Below are positions 38,713 through 52,041 of a stretch of 64,000 bases of DNA, one piece after another (within the stretch, counting starts at the first letter, position 1; each line of letters starts with the position of its first letter). Location: NCBI RefSeq assembly GCF_006345805.1, contig NC_043010.1, forward strand, positions 18,910,001-18,974,000, in the 5' to 3' direction. This stretch comes from Octopus sinensis (Eukaryota). Both the position numbers and the translations under genes were made by a program. The notes below the pieces were generated by a model, which saw only the letters and a list, made by a program, of their open reading frames with translations, ran no database searches and was not told where the DNA came from.

Positions 38713-39099
38713 ACAATGATAATGATTTCAAATTTTGACACAAGGCCAGCAGTGTCAGGAGAGGAGGTATGTCATTCGTATTGACCCCAGTGCTCAACTG
38801 GTACTTATTTGGTCAACCCCGAAAGGGAGAAAGGTCAGATCAACCTTGAAGGAGTTTAAACTCAGAACAAAATGTTGCTGAGCATTTCACCCATCATGCC
38901 AACAATTCCACCGGTTACCAACAAAAACAATAACAACAATAATAATCCTTTCTTTATTGGCTGCAAGGGCTGAAAACAAAACAACTAGGGACAATACAAA
39001 ACTGGGGACACTTGGGGTTTAACACAAAATCAAGGAAACAATAAAATTTCTCCAAAAGCAGGGAGTACCTCACAGAGACAACTGAGGAACACCACACAT

Positions 39100-39930
39100 T
39101 CTGGTTATCTCGACCGCCATTTGCATCTCAGCAGGTGCAAATGGCAGTTGGGTGGTGGAGGTGAAAGACAAGTAGTAGTAGTAGTAGTAGTGATGGTGTG
39201 CTGGTGGTGGTGGCGGCGGTGATGGTGATGGTGGCGGCGGCGGCGGTGGTGGTGGTGGTCAGGGTGGTGGTCAGAGTGGTGGGGTAACAGCCAAGAGCTA
39301 CAGTGGGAGAGGTACAGAAAAGAGGTCTACCTAACGTATGTGAGCTGTGTGTTGTATGCCAAACATAATTCTGGAAGATTCAATGTATTCCATTGATTGC
39401 ATCTATGATGATGATGATGAAGATGATGAAAATGATGATGCTGACAGTGGTGGTGATGTAAAGACCAATAAGAGACTAAGGCGAGACCGATAGAAGAAGA
39501 ATCAGACTTTAGCAGAAGAGAACCTTGGTTGATTTGAACCTTGTTTGACCTTCTCAACTCCTCTGGTCTACAAATAAAAGTTCAGAGAAGGCCCATTGAC
39601 ACGGGTCATTCTCGCCACATACACCCAACTTTCAATAAATTTACTGGGGAGAAGAACTCCCTTCTCTACACTTACTTTCCTTTTCAAGTGGAACTTGAGA
39701 AAGTTGAGGGATCAGTTGAAGAGGAAAGTATCTGTCTTCAGTCCTTCCAATCTCGCCCACCACACTACTTCCTTCGCCATAGTCCCCAGACAGAGGAAAA
39801 CTGTCTTTAATTTCCTGGCCACAGTAAAGTGGCAGGCAATCTTCATGATGGACTCGGCTGATAACTGGATCCGTCCTACATGCGATAACAGTCGTTTGAC
39901 AAAACTCCACAAGTCAGTCATGCATGGAAA
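39100..39930 (-). mobile_element. L1/Tx1-clade LINE 3' end
   Basis: C..DLW.FVKRLL..V.R..LS.ESI..KEVVWW.RL.GLKTDTFL...FHLKRKV, an ORF2 C-terminus, followed by 3'UTR. Confidence 0.65.
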
Positions 39931-39999
39931 CAACAACAATAATAATCTGTTCATCAGTGCCTAAAAAGCCCCTCCCTGCTTCCTCTGTAATTATAATCA

Positions 40000-40365
40000 T
40001 CATCATCATAATCATCGTTCAACGTCTGTTTTCCATGCTGGCATGGGTTGGACAGCTTGACTGGGGACTGGCAAGCCAGGAGGCCACATCAGGCTCCAAT
40101 TTGATCTGGCAAGGTTTCTACAGCTGGATGTCTTTCCTAATGCCAACCACTCTGAGAGTGTAGTGGGTGCTTTTTACATGCCACTGGTACGGGAGCCAGT
40201 CAGGTGGCACTGGCGTCGACCACATTCAGATATGGCTTGTTATGTGCTACCAGCACAGGATCCAGTCAGGGTAGGAGTGCTGGCAACAACCATGTTCAGA
40301 TGGTGCTTTTTATGTGTTACCAGTGCATGGAGCAAGTCAGGTGGCACTGGCAACGACCATGTCAC
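40000..40365 (-). mobile_element. RTE 3'UTR fragment
   Basis: Family motifs and (ATG)n tail. Confidence 0.85.
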
Positions 40366-40723
40366 ACAGTAAAATGTTACAAGCAGTAAAAGTTTGCAAA
40401 ATACCACTTGCTTTACACAGGCCCTTGGAGGATAAGTTTGGTAAGGAGAACAAGGCTGTTTTGGGGGCCGTGGGTGAGGTAGTCTTAAAAATGAAAGGGC
40501 TATGAGCCATTTTCTCATTTGTTTTTTGGAAAGGTCTGGCAGATGTACACACACACACACACACACACTAGTAAGCACATAAATGTAAAACAAGATGGTA
40601 AAAAATTGTACTCAAATACCAAAGGTAGAGTCATATGCATTTATTAAAGCTGAAAAATTCTTCACAAACTGTTACTCAGTTGCATGTTACCATTTGTTGG
40701 ACAGTTTTAATAAAAGTATACAC

Positions 40724-40881
40724 AGGCAGAGGCATGGCTGTGTGAAAAGAAGCTTGCTTCCCAGCCCCAGGGTTCTGGGTTTTGTCCCACTGCATGACAC
40801 CTTTGGCAAGTGTCTTCTACTATAACTTCGATACGGCCAAAGCCTTTTGAGTGGATTTGGCAGACAGAAACTGAAAGAAGC

Positions 40882-40921
<40 letters not shown>

Positions 40922-41137
40922 GTGTGTGTGTGTGTGTCTGTATTTGTCCCGCCCAACATCGCCTGACAACTGATGCTGGTGTGCTTATGTCCCCCATAAC
41001 TTAGCGGTTTGACAGGAGAGACCGATAGAATAAGTACTGGGCTTACAAAGAATAGGTCCTGGTGTCGATTTGCTTGACTAATGGCGGTGCCCCAGCATGG
41101 CCACAGTTAGAAACAAGTAAAAGAATAAAAAAAATAA
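40724..41137 (+). mobile_element. SINE A, complete
   Basis: Head, internal (TA)(TG) tract and tail. Confidence 0.9.
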
Positions 41138-41184
41138 AGGAATACTCATGTTTTGAGTTCTATATTTCCTGTTTGCATCACCAA

Positions 41185-41235
<51 letters not shown>

Positions 41236-41659
41236 ATGTTGACCGGCTGGACTTTTCCCTATCCATCAAGTTGTTCTTGCTGTCCAGTAATAATGTAAAT
41301 AAAAAAAAAACAATATTTAGCCAGGAACAAAACTGGGTCACACACTAAATATGTGTTTGATATTTGTCTTTGGCTCTTTGGCACATGTCATATAGAATGC
41401 TAATTAATTTGGTCATAAAAATTTATGTTAATGTATGGCCATAGAAAATGTAATTATTAATTAATTATACAATTAACATTTTATTAACATTAATTATATG
41501 TAACATTGAAATTTCCATATAGATTAATAGGCACTGATGTATGGTAAATAAATATCTGTAAACTGAATAAAATTGGTCATCTGTTAGTTCTTTGTAGAAC
41601 TGGATAATCATGTCATCAATATACATGTCTGACAGAACAGTTATTTCATGTATGTATAT

Positions 41660-42010
41660 CATCATCATCGTTTAATGTCCGTTTTCCATGCTAGCAAGGG
41701 TTGGATGCTTCGACCGGGGTCTGGGAAACGAGGAGGCTGCACCAGGCTCCAGTCTGATCTGGCAGTGTTTCTACAGCTGGATGGCCTTCCTAATGCCAAC
41801 CACTCCAAGATTGTAATGGGTGCTTTTTAAATGCCAGGGAAGGCTGGCAGCGGCCATGATCAGTTGGTGCTTTTTACGTGCCACCAGTCAAGGTGGCACT
41901 GGCATCGGCCACGTTTGGATGGTGCTTTTTACGTGCCACCGGCACAGGTATCACAACTACAATTTCCATTTGATATTTATTTTGATGTTGATGTTCTTGA
42001 CTCAATAGGT
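41660..42010 (-). mobile_element. RTE 3'UTR fragment
   Basis: Family motifs, tail adjacent to TA. Confidence 0.85.
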
Positions 42011-42214
42011 CTCCTAGGTCCTCTGCAGGACATGTGCCACTGGCACAGAAACCATTGGCCACGTTCGAAAATTTCCCAGCATGCTATTCTTCAGCAAATT
42101 GGTTTCTAAGCAAAACACATTCACTACATATGTTTCAAACTGATGATGTTTACATTATAAGAGCTGCTTTTAATTCAGAATTTAATTTTCTTTCACTAGG
42201 TGCAGGAGTGGCTG

Positions 42215-42505
42215 TTCCTTCTTGAGCCATGCCTGGCTCATAAGGGCCAGTTTCCCGGTCTCCTTGGCGTATAGGTTCCCCACCTGGATGGGACGCCAGT
42301 CTGTCACAGGTGAGCTGCAAGTTGCAGGAGGAAAGAGTGAGAGAAAGTTGTAGCAAAAGAGTCAGCAGAAGTTTGCCATTACCTTCTGTCGGAGCCGCAT
42401 GGAGCTTAGGTGTTTCACTCATAAACACACACATCGTCCAGTCTGAGATTCGAACCCACGATCCCTCGACCGTGAGTCCACTGCTCTAACCACTAGGCCA
42501 TGTGC
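42215..42505 (-). mobile_element. SINE with family C head and V-domain-like body
   Basis: Reverse complement contains CCTGTGACAGACTGGCGTCCCATCCAGG, resembling the V-SINE domain. Confidence 0.7.
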
Positions 42506-42912
42506 AGGAATGGTAAGTAGCTTGCTTACCAACCACATGGTTCTGGGTTCATTCCCACTGGGTGGCAACTTGGGCAAGTGTCTTCTACTATAGCCTCGGG
42601 CCGACCAAAGCCTTGTGAGTGGATTTGATAGACAGAAACTGAAAGGAGTCCATTGTATGTATGTATATATATATATGTATGTGTGTGTATATATTTGCGT
42701 GTCTGTGTTTGTCGCCCCAACATCGCTTCACAACTGATGCTGGTGTGTTTACGTCCCCGTAACTTAGTGGTTCGGCAAAAAGAGACCGATAGAATAAGTA
42801 CTAGGCTTACACAGAATAAGTCCTGGGGTCGATTTGCTCGACTAAAGGTGGTGCTCCAGCATGGCCGCAGTCAAATGACTGAAACAAGTAAAAGAGTAAA
42901 AGAGTAAAGAGA
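42503..42912 (+). mobile_element. SINE A, near complete
   Basis: Family match. Confidence 0.9.
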
Positions 42913-43188
42913 GTTGTGCCATGCCACAGCACATCAGCAAATAGACTTCATTGTTTTTGCATGTATAAGTCATGGATCAATGGTTCACTTCGTTTCAAGA
43001 TGATCCAGATTCATGGTATTGAAAAGTAACAATAATGGCAAAACGTTGATATCTACCATTCTCAGTGATTCCGAGGCAAGTTGTCTCACCTGATCTATGG
43101 CATTCAGGTGTTCCTTAACACTTGTCGTTTGGGGAGCTTTACCCAGATGCTACCTCGCTGTAAATTTGGTGTTTAAACAGAACACACT

Positions 43189-43224
<36 letters not shown>

Positions 43225-43549
43225 TATGTGTAACTGATGATGTTCCATCTTTGAACTTCTCTGCATTAAGGTCTGAATTGTAAGATCTTCTTGACCCTGA
43301 TGATGGAGGCTGGTCTCATCCAGTGTTAATTGCATCCATGCAACAACATCTATCAACATTATTATTAATCTCCGAGCCCCTGGAAACAGCTGTTGGACTT
43401 ATAACACCTTTCTTCAACCCCTTTAATTTTTCTCTGTTGTTTGTACTCTGTGAAAATTAGATCTATTAATATAAATATTTACATATTTATACTTAAATAT
43501 TCATCATTCAAAAATCTCCACTTTCTCTTCTTTTGCATGTATACATATA

Positions 43550-43675
43550 CAGGGGGATTCAAAAGTCCTCACACATAGGAAAAATTCATTTTTTATAAGA
43601 AACAGTTCAATAAAAAAACTGATTCTTATAAAAAAATAAATTGTTCTTAAGTATGGCGACTTTTGAATCACTCTG
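43550..43675. mobile_element. 126-bp Tc1/mariner MITE
   Basis: TA|CAGGGGGATTCAAAAGTC ... GACTTTTGAATCACTCTG|TA with an additional inner IR. Confidence 0.8.
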
Positions 43676-45120
43676 TATATATACATATTTTGTATTTCAT
43701 ACCCAAACTAGTAAATTTAATATCTTTGATATATTCAATTCATTTATCTGCATAATTACCTGCATCTCTCTCTCTCTCTCTCTGCCTGGTCGTCTGTCTG
43801 TCTGTCTCTCTATATAGATGTATACACACACACACAAATCATTACCAAAATTGTTTTACATCATGCTGCCATAGATTAGAGAATCATCCAAATCTGAAAC
43901 CAGTTGTTATTTAGAACTTCTTCCATCTCACTCGTATATACCACTTTTGGTATGGCTTCTAGGTTGCGATGCCCTTATTAACTCCAGCCACTTTACAGAG
44001 GGAACTGAATGCTGCATTTTCCCATGGCACCAAGATCAGAGAGGTTGTCCTTTTCTTTTCTATCCTATGTTGTCTCCATTTGTTTGCCAACCACTTTACA
44101 AAGTGTATTCGATATACTTTATTGTGGCACCAGCACTAGAGGGGTTACTCTGTTTCTTTGTAAGATAAGAAGTTCCTTTCTACCCTATGTTGTCACTGTT
44201 TTAGTAATGGATGGGGTGAATAGATGGGTGAGTGATGGAAATGGAAGTGAAAAGAAAGAGAGAATGATTAGGAGTGCAACAGGGGGAGGGTGTGATAGAA
44301 GTGGGAGGGGGGCAGAGAAATAGAAGAGTGACAGTAATAACTTCCTTGTTATTAGTTAAAAGATTGAATGGGGAACTGCCTAAGTTTCAGGGTGAGATTG
44401 TGATGACGAGTGGGGAGGATAAAGGTGAGCAAATGATGCTTGGCAAAAGAGATAGAGAGGAAATTGGTAAGAGAGGGTGGTAGAAGGCAAAGAATCATAT
44501 GGGTGAGGGGTGGGTGGGGGAAGTGCTGGCTTAGAGCAAAGAAGGGGAAATGGTAGTGGGTGCTGAATAGAAACAGATTTCTCATTAAGCAGAAGATGTG
44601 AAGGGAGAAAGAAAGGTAAAGAGGGGAATAGAGGAATAAGAGGCAAGGAGATGATGGATGAGAGAGGAAGGATTGAGTTGGAACTCAAATGTCCGTGCCT
44701 TTTTATAGCTGGTAATTGGTAGAGTAAAGAGGCGGACGGAATGGGAACAGCAGATGAAGACTTAACAGATTAACAAGTTGGGTAGGATTGTTTCTGTCAC
44801 TGGCTCTTATTGATTAGTAAAGGTGCAAAGGTGAAGTTCAATGACCTCTGTTAGGGGGTGGGGCGTGGGTAGATGGAATTGGAGGACAGATTCTGATTGG
44901 GTAAATAAGTCTATTTAGGTAGTGATAAGGAAAATGGCATAATGATATGAATACACAGAATAATACATATATATATATATGGGAGGTAATGGTGTCAAAA
45001 AGACCCAAAGATGTCAGATAATGCTGAATAAGTGCTATGGACAGACCACAGTTAAGCTCCAGGTTTGGTGATTATGCAAATGAGGAGTCCATTGTAGGTC
45101 ATATATTAGCATGGATATAT

Positions 45121-45690
45121 ATAAAAAATTAACAGAATGAGATAAAAATCGAAGGCTGTGAAAGATTTCAGAACATTTATAAAGAGAATGTCTTACAGCT
45201 GTTTCTGAGGTATTTTATATATCCCTTCATTGGAGACGGTGCGAGAGTATGGTTAAGCAATAGTTATTCTAGAGAAGATATGAAACAGAGAGTGAAGTGA
45301 AGGAATGAAAACAGACATGAGATATGCTGGGATATTGTATCTGCAGTTCCATTATTTAAGCAGAATGGTATACATATAAGTATCCTTGTGTGTAAGTTCC
45401 AATAGTATTTAAAATTGGTCATTCCAAGCATAGAGTTTGTAAACCTGTTATTGAATCAAGGGTTTATTGGAAGTGACTTAAAAGTTTGGAATGTGTTTGT
45501 AATGTCAAATCAAAAACAGGACACTCTGTATTTCATATCTTCTCTATAATAACTATTGCTTAACCATTTTCTTACACTGTCTCCGATGAAGGGATATATA
45601 AAATATCCCGGAAACAGCTGTAAGACCTCTTTATAAATGTTCTGAAATCTTTCACATCCTTGAATTTTTATCTCATTCTGTTAATTTATA
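45121..45690. mobile_element. Inverted pair of Penelope-like pLTR units, each with a hammerhead-like motif
   Basis: 45121-45295(-) and 45522-45690(+) are about 90% reverse-complementary. Confidence 0.7.
45579..45626 (+). ncRNA. Minimal type I hammerhead variant (CCGAUGA core)
   Basis: GTCT-CCGATGA-A-GGGATAT/ATATCCC-G-GAAACAGCTGTA-AGAC. Confidence 0.65.
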
Positions 45691-45691
45691 T

Positions 45692-45753
<62 letters not shown>

Positions 45754-46672
45754 CATACATACATATATATATGAAATAGAGATGTGTGTGTATTCACTTT
45801 TAATGCGAAAACGGATTTACCAATTACTTCCATACTTCTGATGTATGAATAATTTGACCATGGACATATAATAGGGTCTTCATTTGATTTTGTTTATTAA
45901 AAATTTTTTAAAATAAAAAATATTGCTTTTTATATTACATTCACGTCTTTGAAAGATTTTAAAATATTTACTTCCGATTTCCTACCGTCAGTGACATAAC
46001 ATATCTCTTTATGCATATCTCTGTTTCCATCTCTATCTCTCTGTAACATATCTCTCTATCTATATCTCTTGTTTTCACTTCCATGTTATTGTTTTCGCTT
46101 TGTGTCTAAGTTTTGAATCACTATTTACAAACAAACGACAAATCACTGACAGAAAGAAGTTCGCAATTACTGATGTAAGTAATTTCATAATTTACTGACA
46201 GAAGTATCTTCATTAATTTCACTTCAATCTGTACGGTTTTCTGTTTTTCTGTTGTCGACGGTTTCTTTCTGTTTCCTTTGATACTGGCTCTTTGGCTCAC
46301 TGAGTGACAAATTTCGATTCACTGGAGTCTACTTCAATTCATCTTCACTTTCAAGAAAATGGATATTTTTAAATGAAATTCTCTACAAATATACCTTTGA
46401 ATATTATTATATTACATTCACTTCTTTCAAAAAGGTTTTTCAATGTCTACTTCCGGTATGGACATAAAACCAGCAAAGTCTGTCCCCGTATAATTTATAA
46501 TGTTTTCTTTTAAAGTTTTAATTTGCTATTTGTAAACAACTATGATAAATTACTGGAAGAATTATTTACTAAGTTCAGAAATTTAGATATTTGGTACAAA
46601 ATAGTTTTTAATGTGATTCTATTTCCACAAATTTTTTCATTCCATGTCCCTCTCATTCATTGTTTGCAAAGT

Positions 46673-46723
<51 letters not shown>

Positions 46724-47029
46724 CCATGCACCCACACTCCAAGTTTGATTTCTTTATTACACGGATATCATGTTAAAATTTTGCAATTCAACATGGGGCA
46801 TCCAAAAAATATGGGCATTATTTTGCTGGAACTCACACACTTCATTAATTTACGTAATGATTTTTCATTTATTTTCTTTTTCATGCCATGTTCAGCTCTA
46901 TGTATTTCCAGTGAATCACACACACACACACATTTTTTTGTACGTACATTTGTATATACATTTATGTAAGGTGTGTGTGTCTATGTGAGTGAGTGAATGG
47001 GTGTATTGTCATGTATTCGTAGATCGCCC

Positions 47030-48166
47030 ATAAGGCTTATTTCAGTAGGACGAGCAGCTCATTCTGCTATTAAATTACCACTAAACCTGGTCACAAGTGA
47101 CAGACTAATTTGTGACATAAGCAAAGATTCAGGTTCAGCAGAAGTGTTGTGCCAATGCCACCTTATCATTTGGGATGAATGCACCATATTACATAGAGAT
47201 GCAATGGAAGCTCTTGATAAGATCTTAAAGGACTTAAGAAGCAACAATAAATCTATGGGAGAAGTTACATTAGTTTTATCTGGAGACGTCAGACAGACAT
47301 TACCAGTCATTCTGAGACGAGCAAGATTTGATGAAATAAAAGCATGCATTAAGTGTTTTCACCTATGGAATAAGGTAATGAAATTCTCCTTCAATACTAA
47401 TGTGCAAGCTTCAGTAACCGATGTGCGAAACAGTTTTCAACCTGGCTCTTCCAATTACGAAATGGGAAAGTACCATTTGATGGGAATGGTGATATCAGTT
47501 TGCCTCATATTGCTATTATGGTGAATTCTCCAGCTGAACTGAAGTATAAGGTATTGCCAGACTTAGGTAATAATTATAATTCACTTAAATGGTTGTGTAA
47601 AAGGGAAATTCATACTCATGACACACTAGCAAGAATTAACTATGAATTAACGAATAAGATTCCAATAGTCATTAAGAAGTACAAATCAATTGCTTCAGTC
47701 TTTGATGAAAGTCAAGTTGTCCATTAATTCTCTGGAACCATCTGGAATTCCTCCACATAAATATTTTCTGAAGGTAGGAGTCCCAATAATTCTTCTAAGA
47801 AATTTAGATCCTCCTAAATTATGAGATGGGACAGGGTTGATAGTGAAGACATTATCACCTAATGTGACAGAAGCTACCATCATCACTGGATGTGCCTCTG
47901 GGGAAGAGGCTTTCATTTCAAGAATTACAATCAAACCAACAAACATGCCCTTTCAGTTCAAACAAACACAATTCCTAGTGCGACTCCTCTTTGCAATGTC
48001 TAGTCATAAAGGTCAAAGTCAGTCTTTGAAATCTACTTGCTTTCTTTTCTCATGGTCACCTTTATGTTGGTTGCTCCAGGGTAGGTAATTTGCAAGACTT
48101 ATTTGTCTGGCCTTTGAACGAGAAAAAAAAAAAAAGAATGTTGTTTATCCAGAAGCTCTTACATAA
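47030..48166 (+). pseudogene. Helitron Pif1-type helicase C-terminal half, disrupted
   Basis: GRAAHS..KLPL, IIWDEC, GDVRQTLPV, LKVG.PIILLRNL.PP, FAMS.HK.Q.QSL and LYVGCSRV with frameshifts and stops. Confidence 0.9.
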
Positions 48167-48182
48167 TATCCTTCAACATAAA

Positions 48183-48586
48183 CGCAGGAGTGGCTGTGTG
48201 GTAAGTAGCTTGCTTACGAACCACATGGTTCCGGGTTCATTCCCACTGCGTGGCACCTTAGGCAAGTGTCTTCTACTACAGCCTCGGGCTGACCAAAGCC
48301 TTGTGAGTGGATTTTGTAGATGGAAACTGAATGAAGCCCATCGTATATATGCATATATATATATATGTGTGTGTGTGTGTGTTTATGTGTTTGTGTTTGT
48401 CCCCCCAACATCGCTTGACAACCGGTGGGGGTGTGTTTATGTCCCCTGTAACTTAGCAGTTCGGTAAAAGAGACCGATAGAATAAGTACTAGGCTTACAA
48501 AGAATAAGTCCTGCGGTCGATTTGCTCGACTAAAGCCGGTGCTCCAACATGGCCACAGTCAAATGACTGAAACAAGTAAAAGAGTA
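48183..48586 (+). mobile_element. SINE A, complete
   Basis: Family match. Confidence 0.9.
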
Positions 48587-48648
48587 TATGTGGTAGAATT
48601 TATCTCCTTTCATAAAAGTGGTAAATTTTGTATTTTCGTTTATTATTA

Positions 48649-48708
<60 letters not shown>

Positions 48709-48984
48709 GTTTGCATTATGAATTCAGAATTGATTTCCCAATTGAAGAATAAATTGAATTTACAATAACAAATTTCTATACAACATATTTTGCTTTTCCA
48801 GTTGATCTGATCAATGGAACAGCCTGCTCCAGAAATTAACATCCAAGTGGTTGAGTACTCTGCAGTCACACATACTCTTAACATAAGTTCTTGGGGAAAT
48901 TCAGCATAACACAGAATGCGTCAAAGTTAGCCCCTTTTGAATTACAGGTACAACTCACTTTTTGTCAGCTCAAAGACACAGTGT

Positions 48985-50860
48985 GCCACCAGGTAATGTT
49001 CACCTCGGTAACAGAAATTATTGACAACTGCGAGAGAGCCTCTTGGGTATTTGAAAGGGTCTAATTCTCGTGTGTCCTTAGTGCTGTAGTGTTCCTGTAC
49101 ATCTACCACATACAAAGACCACTTTTTCTGTTAATCTGTCTGTCATTCCACTGAACCTCTTATGTGTCCATTACTTGCCCTGGGTGCAGCCAATGGAATT
49201 ACTTCCAACTCCTTTCCTGCATATTGAGCAGAGCCATCTACCTGATGGAAAGAGAGTCTTATCTGCTTTCTTGTTAACAAGTAGGTTAACTTTAAGACCT
49301 TTTGATTTTGGGTTTTGCTTCCATACCTGGAATTTCTTCTCCAATTCTGTTACAGATTCTGCTATAAGAGTGAGGTCATCAGCATGAAGCAGTTCCCATT
49401 GCCAATTTTAAATTCCTCTGTTATGGCCTAGAGGGTTATTATGAATAAGAGTAGAGTGAGAACTGAACCCTGGTGAACCCCTATTTGTACACCAAATTCA
49501 TCACTGTATTCATGGCCAACTCTCACCCTACTAACAACATCACTGTACATAGCTTATACAACTCTGACAATCCACTCATCTACTCCTAACTTCCTTAGAG
49601 ACCACCAGATAACAGAATGAGGGACTCTGTCAAAAGCTTTCTCTATACTGGCAAAATCCAAATAAAATGGTTTACTTTTGGCCAAATAGTTCTCTTGCAG
49701 CTGTTTCACCAGGAAGATGGCGTCTATAGTATTCTTCTCAGGTACAAAACCAAACTGCATCTCATCTCGTTTAATTCTACTCCAAATCAATTGAGCTAAA
49801 GCTCTCTCTAATCTTCATGATCACATCCAGCAGTTTGATACCTCTGTAGTTGTTTCTATCTAAGGTGTCACCTTTATAATACTGCTACATCAGTCATTGA
49901 GCATGATGCCTTCCTGAATAATCTGATTAATTATATAAATGTTTTGACCATATCCTACTCTGCTAGGTATTCTAAGCATCTCAACAGTGGTTCCTGACAG
50001 TCCAGGGCTTCTTTCCTTGTCTCCATATCTTTAATTGCCTTATCTATTATACTTCTGTCAACTCTGATGGTTCAACGTTTGATAGATTTTTCTCCTCCCA
50101 TGCATTCTCCACATTTAGTAACTTTTCATAATGGCACTTCCATGCATCTTTTTTCTCTGAATCCCCAAGTGCAAGCATACCATTTTCCATTCACACACAT
50201 TTTCTGACCTACCACATCTCTATTCTTCTTGATACACTGCTTTGCAATCCTGAACACCTCACGTCTCTAACACTCTCACTGTAGAACACTGACAAACCTC
50301 TTACCTTCCGTTATTCCTTTTACTAAGTAAACCTACCACCTAGATTCCCTTCTGGCTACCTGAGATCATTCTCTGCTTCCACCATTTTTCTAGTCTTTCC
50401 AGGCCTGCTTCTTTGCATTTATAGCACTATCTACCCCCTTGTTCCACCACCATGTCACCCATGGTCCGGCTGGGACTTTGCACCAGCCACAGATTTGGTC
50501 TGTACCCCTCAGTAAGTTGTCCTGCAGGAACATCTAAGCTATATGTCCCCAGTTACTCCTCATTCTCTTGTCAGGAGTTTCTGTTAGAATATCTCTTAAT
50601 TTCTGTTGGTTTCCTGGGCCTTTGATCTTCCATAATCTTCTTTTCCAGAATGGTTTATTTCTCTGAGTCTTTCTAATTCTGAAGTCACTAACTAGCAACT
50701 TGTGTTAGGTTGTACATTCTTCACCTGGGAAAGACTTTGCATTTGTAAGCATTTGTCTCTATTGTTGCCTGGTGAGGATGTAATCAATCTGGTTTATGTG
50801 ATCTGGTGGTTGGGTTCTTGAAGTTCGTATTACAGAACATGAGGTCACATGAGTGTGTGT
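48985..50860 (-). mobile_element. Old degenerate RTE (EN-RT region)
   Basis: QFGFVPEKNTIDAIF.V.QLQE.YLAK..EKAFDRVP, collinear with 55900-57600. Confidence 0.85.
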
Positions 50861-51228
50861 GTATGGTGGTTGTGGTGGTAAAAAAACAAATCTTAAAAAG
50901 GACAACAACACAAGAAGAAAAAAGCTTGACAATTATGGTGTTAGTTTAGTGCTTCAATTGAGAAAGTAACTTAATGTTTTGGGTGTTAGTCCTTCATCAG
51001 GAGAAAAGCAAGAATGAGAAAAATCATTGGTTGGTAGGGACAAAGAGAAATAGTGTATAAAAAGTGTAGGAAGAATACAGGAGGGAGGCAAGGGGTTAGA
51101 AACCAGATGGGAATGTTGTTTCGTGAGAAAGTTAACAAGGAAGGAAGTGCATCTGTGCATCAATGCATGTGTGCATCTGTGTCAGAAAGGGTCAGAAAGG
51201 GAAGCATTGAATGTGTGTATTAGTGTGA

Positions 51229-51278
<50 letters not shown>

Positions 51279-51497
51279 AGATCGTTATTTTATACCTGCT
51301 TTCTATGCTGATGTGTCATAGATGGATTTTTAGGGCTTGGGGCAGCCCTTCTTTCAGTTTATCACTTAGCTAGATGTACAGCCATTTCTTTCACGTAATG
51401 TTCTCAGCAAACGCAAGAAATGCATTGGTTTTCACAGACTCATTGATTTACAACAAAATCTGTTGATCTGCGATGGAACCTTTGCTCTCTGTCTTAC

Positions 51498-51619
51498 CTG
51501 TACATATAACTGTTGCAATGAGTCACAGGTGTATGCTTGAGTAGCATTACTCCAGCAAATAACTGGAGACTTGGGTGTAGAGGATAAAACATCATATATG
51601 CTATATACATAACAATCAC
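51498..51619 (-). CDS. Candidate internal exon (DCYVYSIYDVLSSTPKSPVICWSNATQAYTCDSLQQLYVQ, or alternative frame)
   Basis: cctatacag acceptor, CAG|gtaaga donor, two open frames and non-repetitive sequence between microsatellites. Confidence 0.4.
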
Positions 51620-51627
51620 CTGTATAG

Positions 51628-51672
<45 letters not shown>

Positions 51673-51830
51673 TGAGTGTATGTATGCCACCTAATTCAGC
51701 TTGTTCTAATTTGAGCAACTTGTCAAAAAAAGAAATCACCACTCCTATTTCACAGCTGAATGATTTTTAGTAGAGAAAGTCAGGCTTCTGTAAAATGTTC
51801 AGGCAAGTGTGTGTGTATGCATGTATATAT

Positions 51831-51900
<70 letters not shown>

Positions 51901-51989
51901 CATATCTTACATCTATTTTCTTTCCTCCACCTCACTCTCTATTTGTATCACATCGAAACTAACTATGACTTAATTTTTCCTCTCACACC

Positions 51990-52041
51990 GTCTCCGATGA
52001 AGGGATATTATTAATTAATATCCTAGAAACAGCTGTAAGAC
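51990..52041 (+). ncRNA. Minimal type I hammerhead variant (CCGAUGA core), same family as 45579
   Basis: GTCT-CCGATGA-A-GGGATATTA/TAATATCCT-A-GAAACAGCTGTA-AGAC. Confidence 0.65.

Noticed and set aside
41465-41628. Minus-strand exon DMYIDDMIIQFYKEL...
   Set aside because: Weak acceptor, no good donor, very AT-rich and no homology recognised. The same holds for 40400-40537.
46997-48088. Host PIF1 helicase gene
   Set aside because: Intronless, multiply frameshifted, and with Helitron-type motifs (LRNL.PP, KNVVY end).
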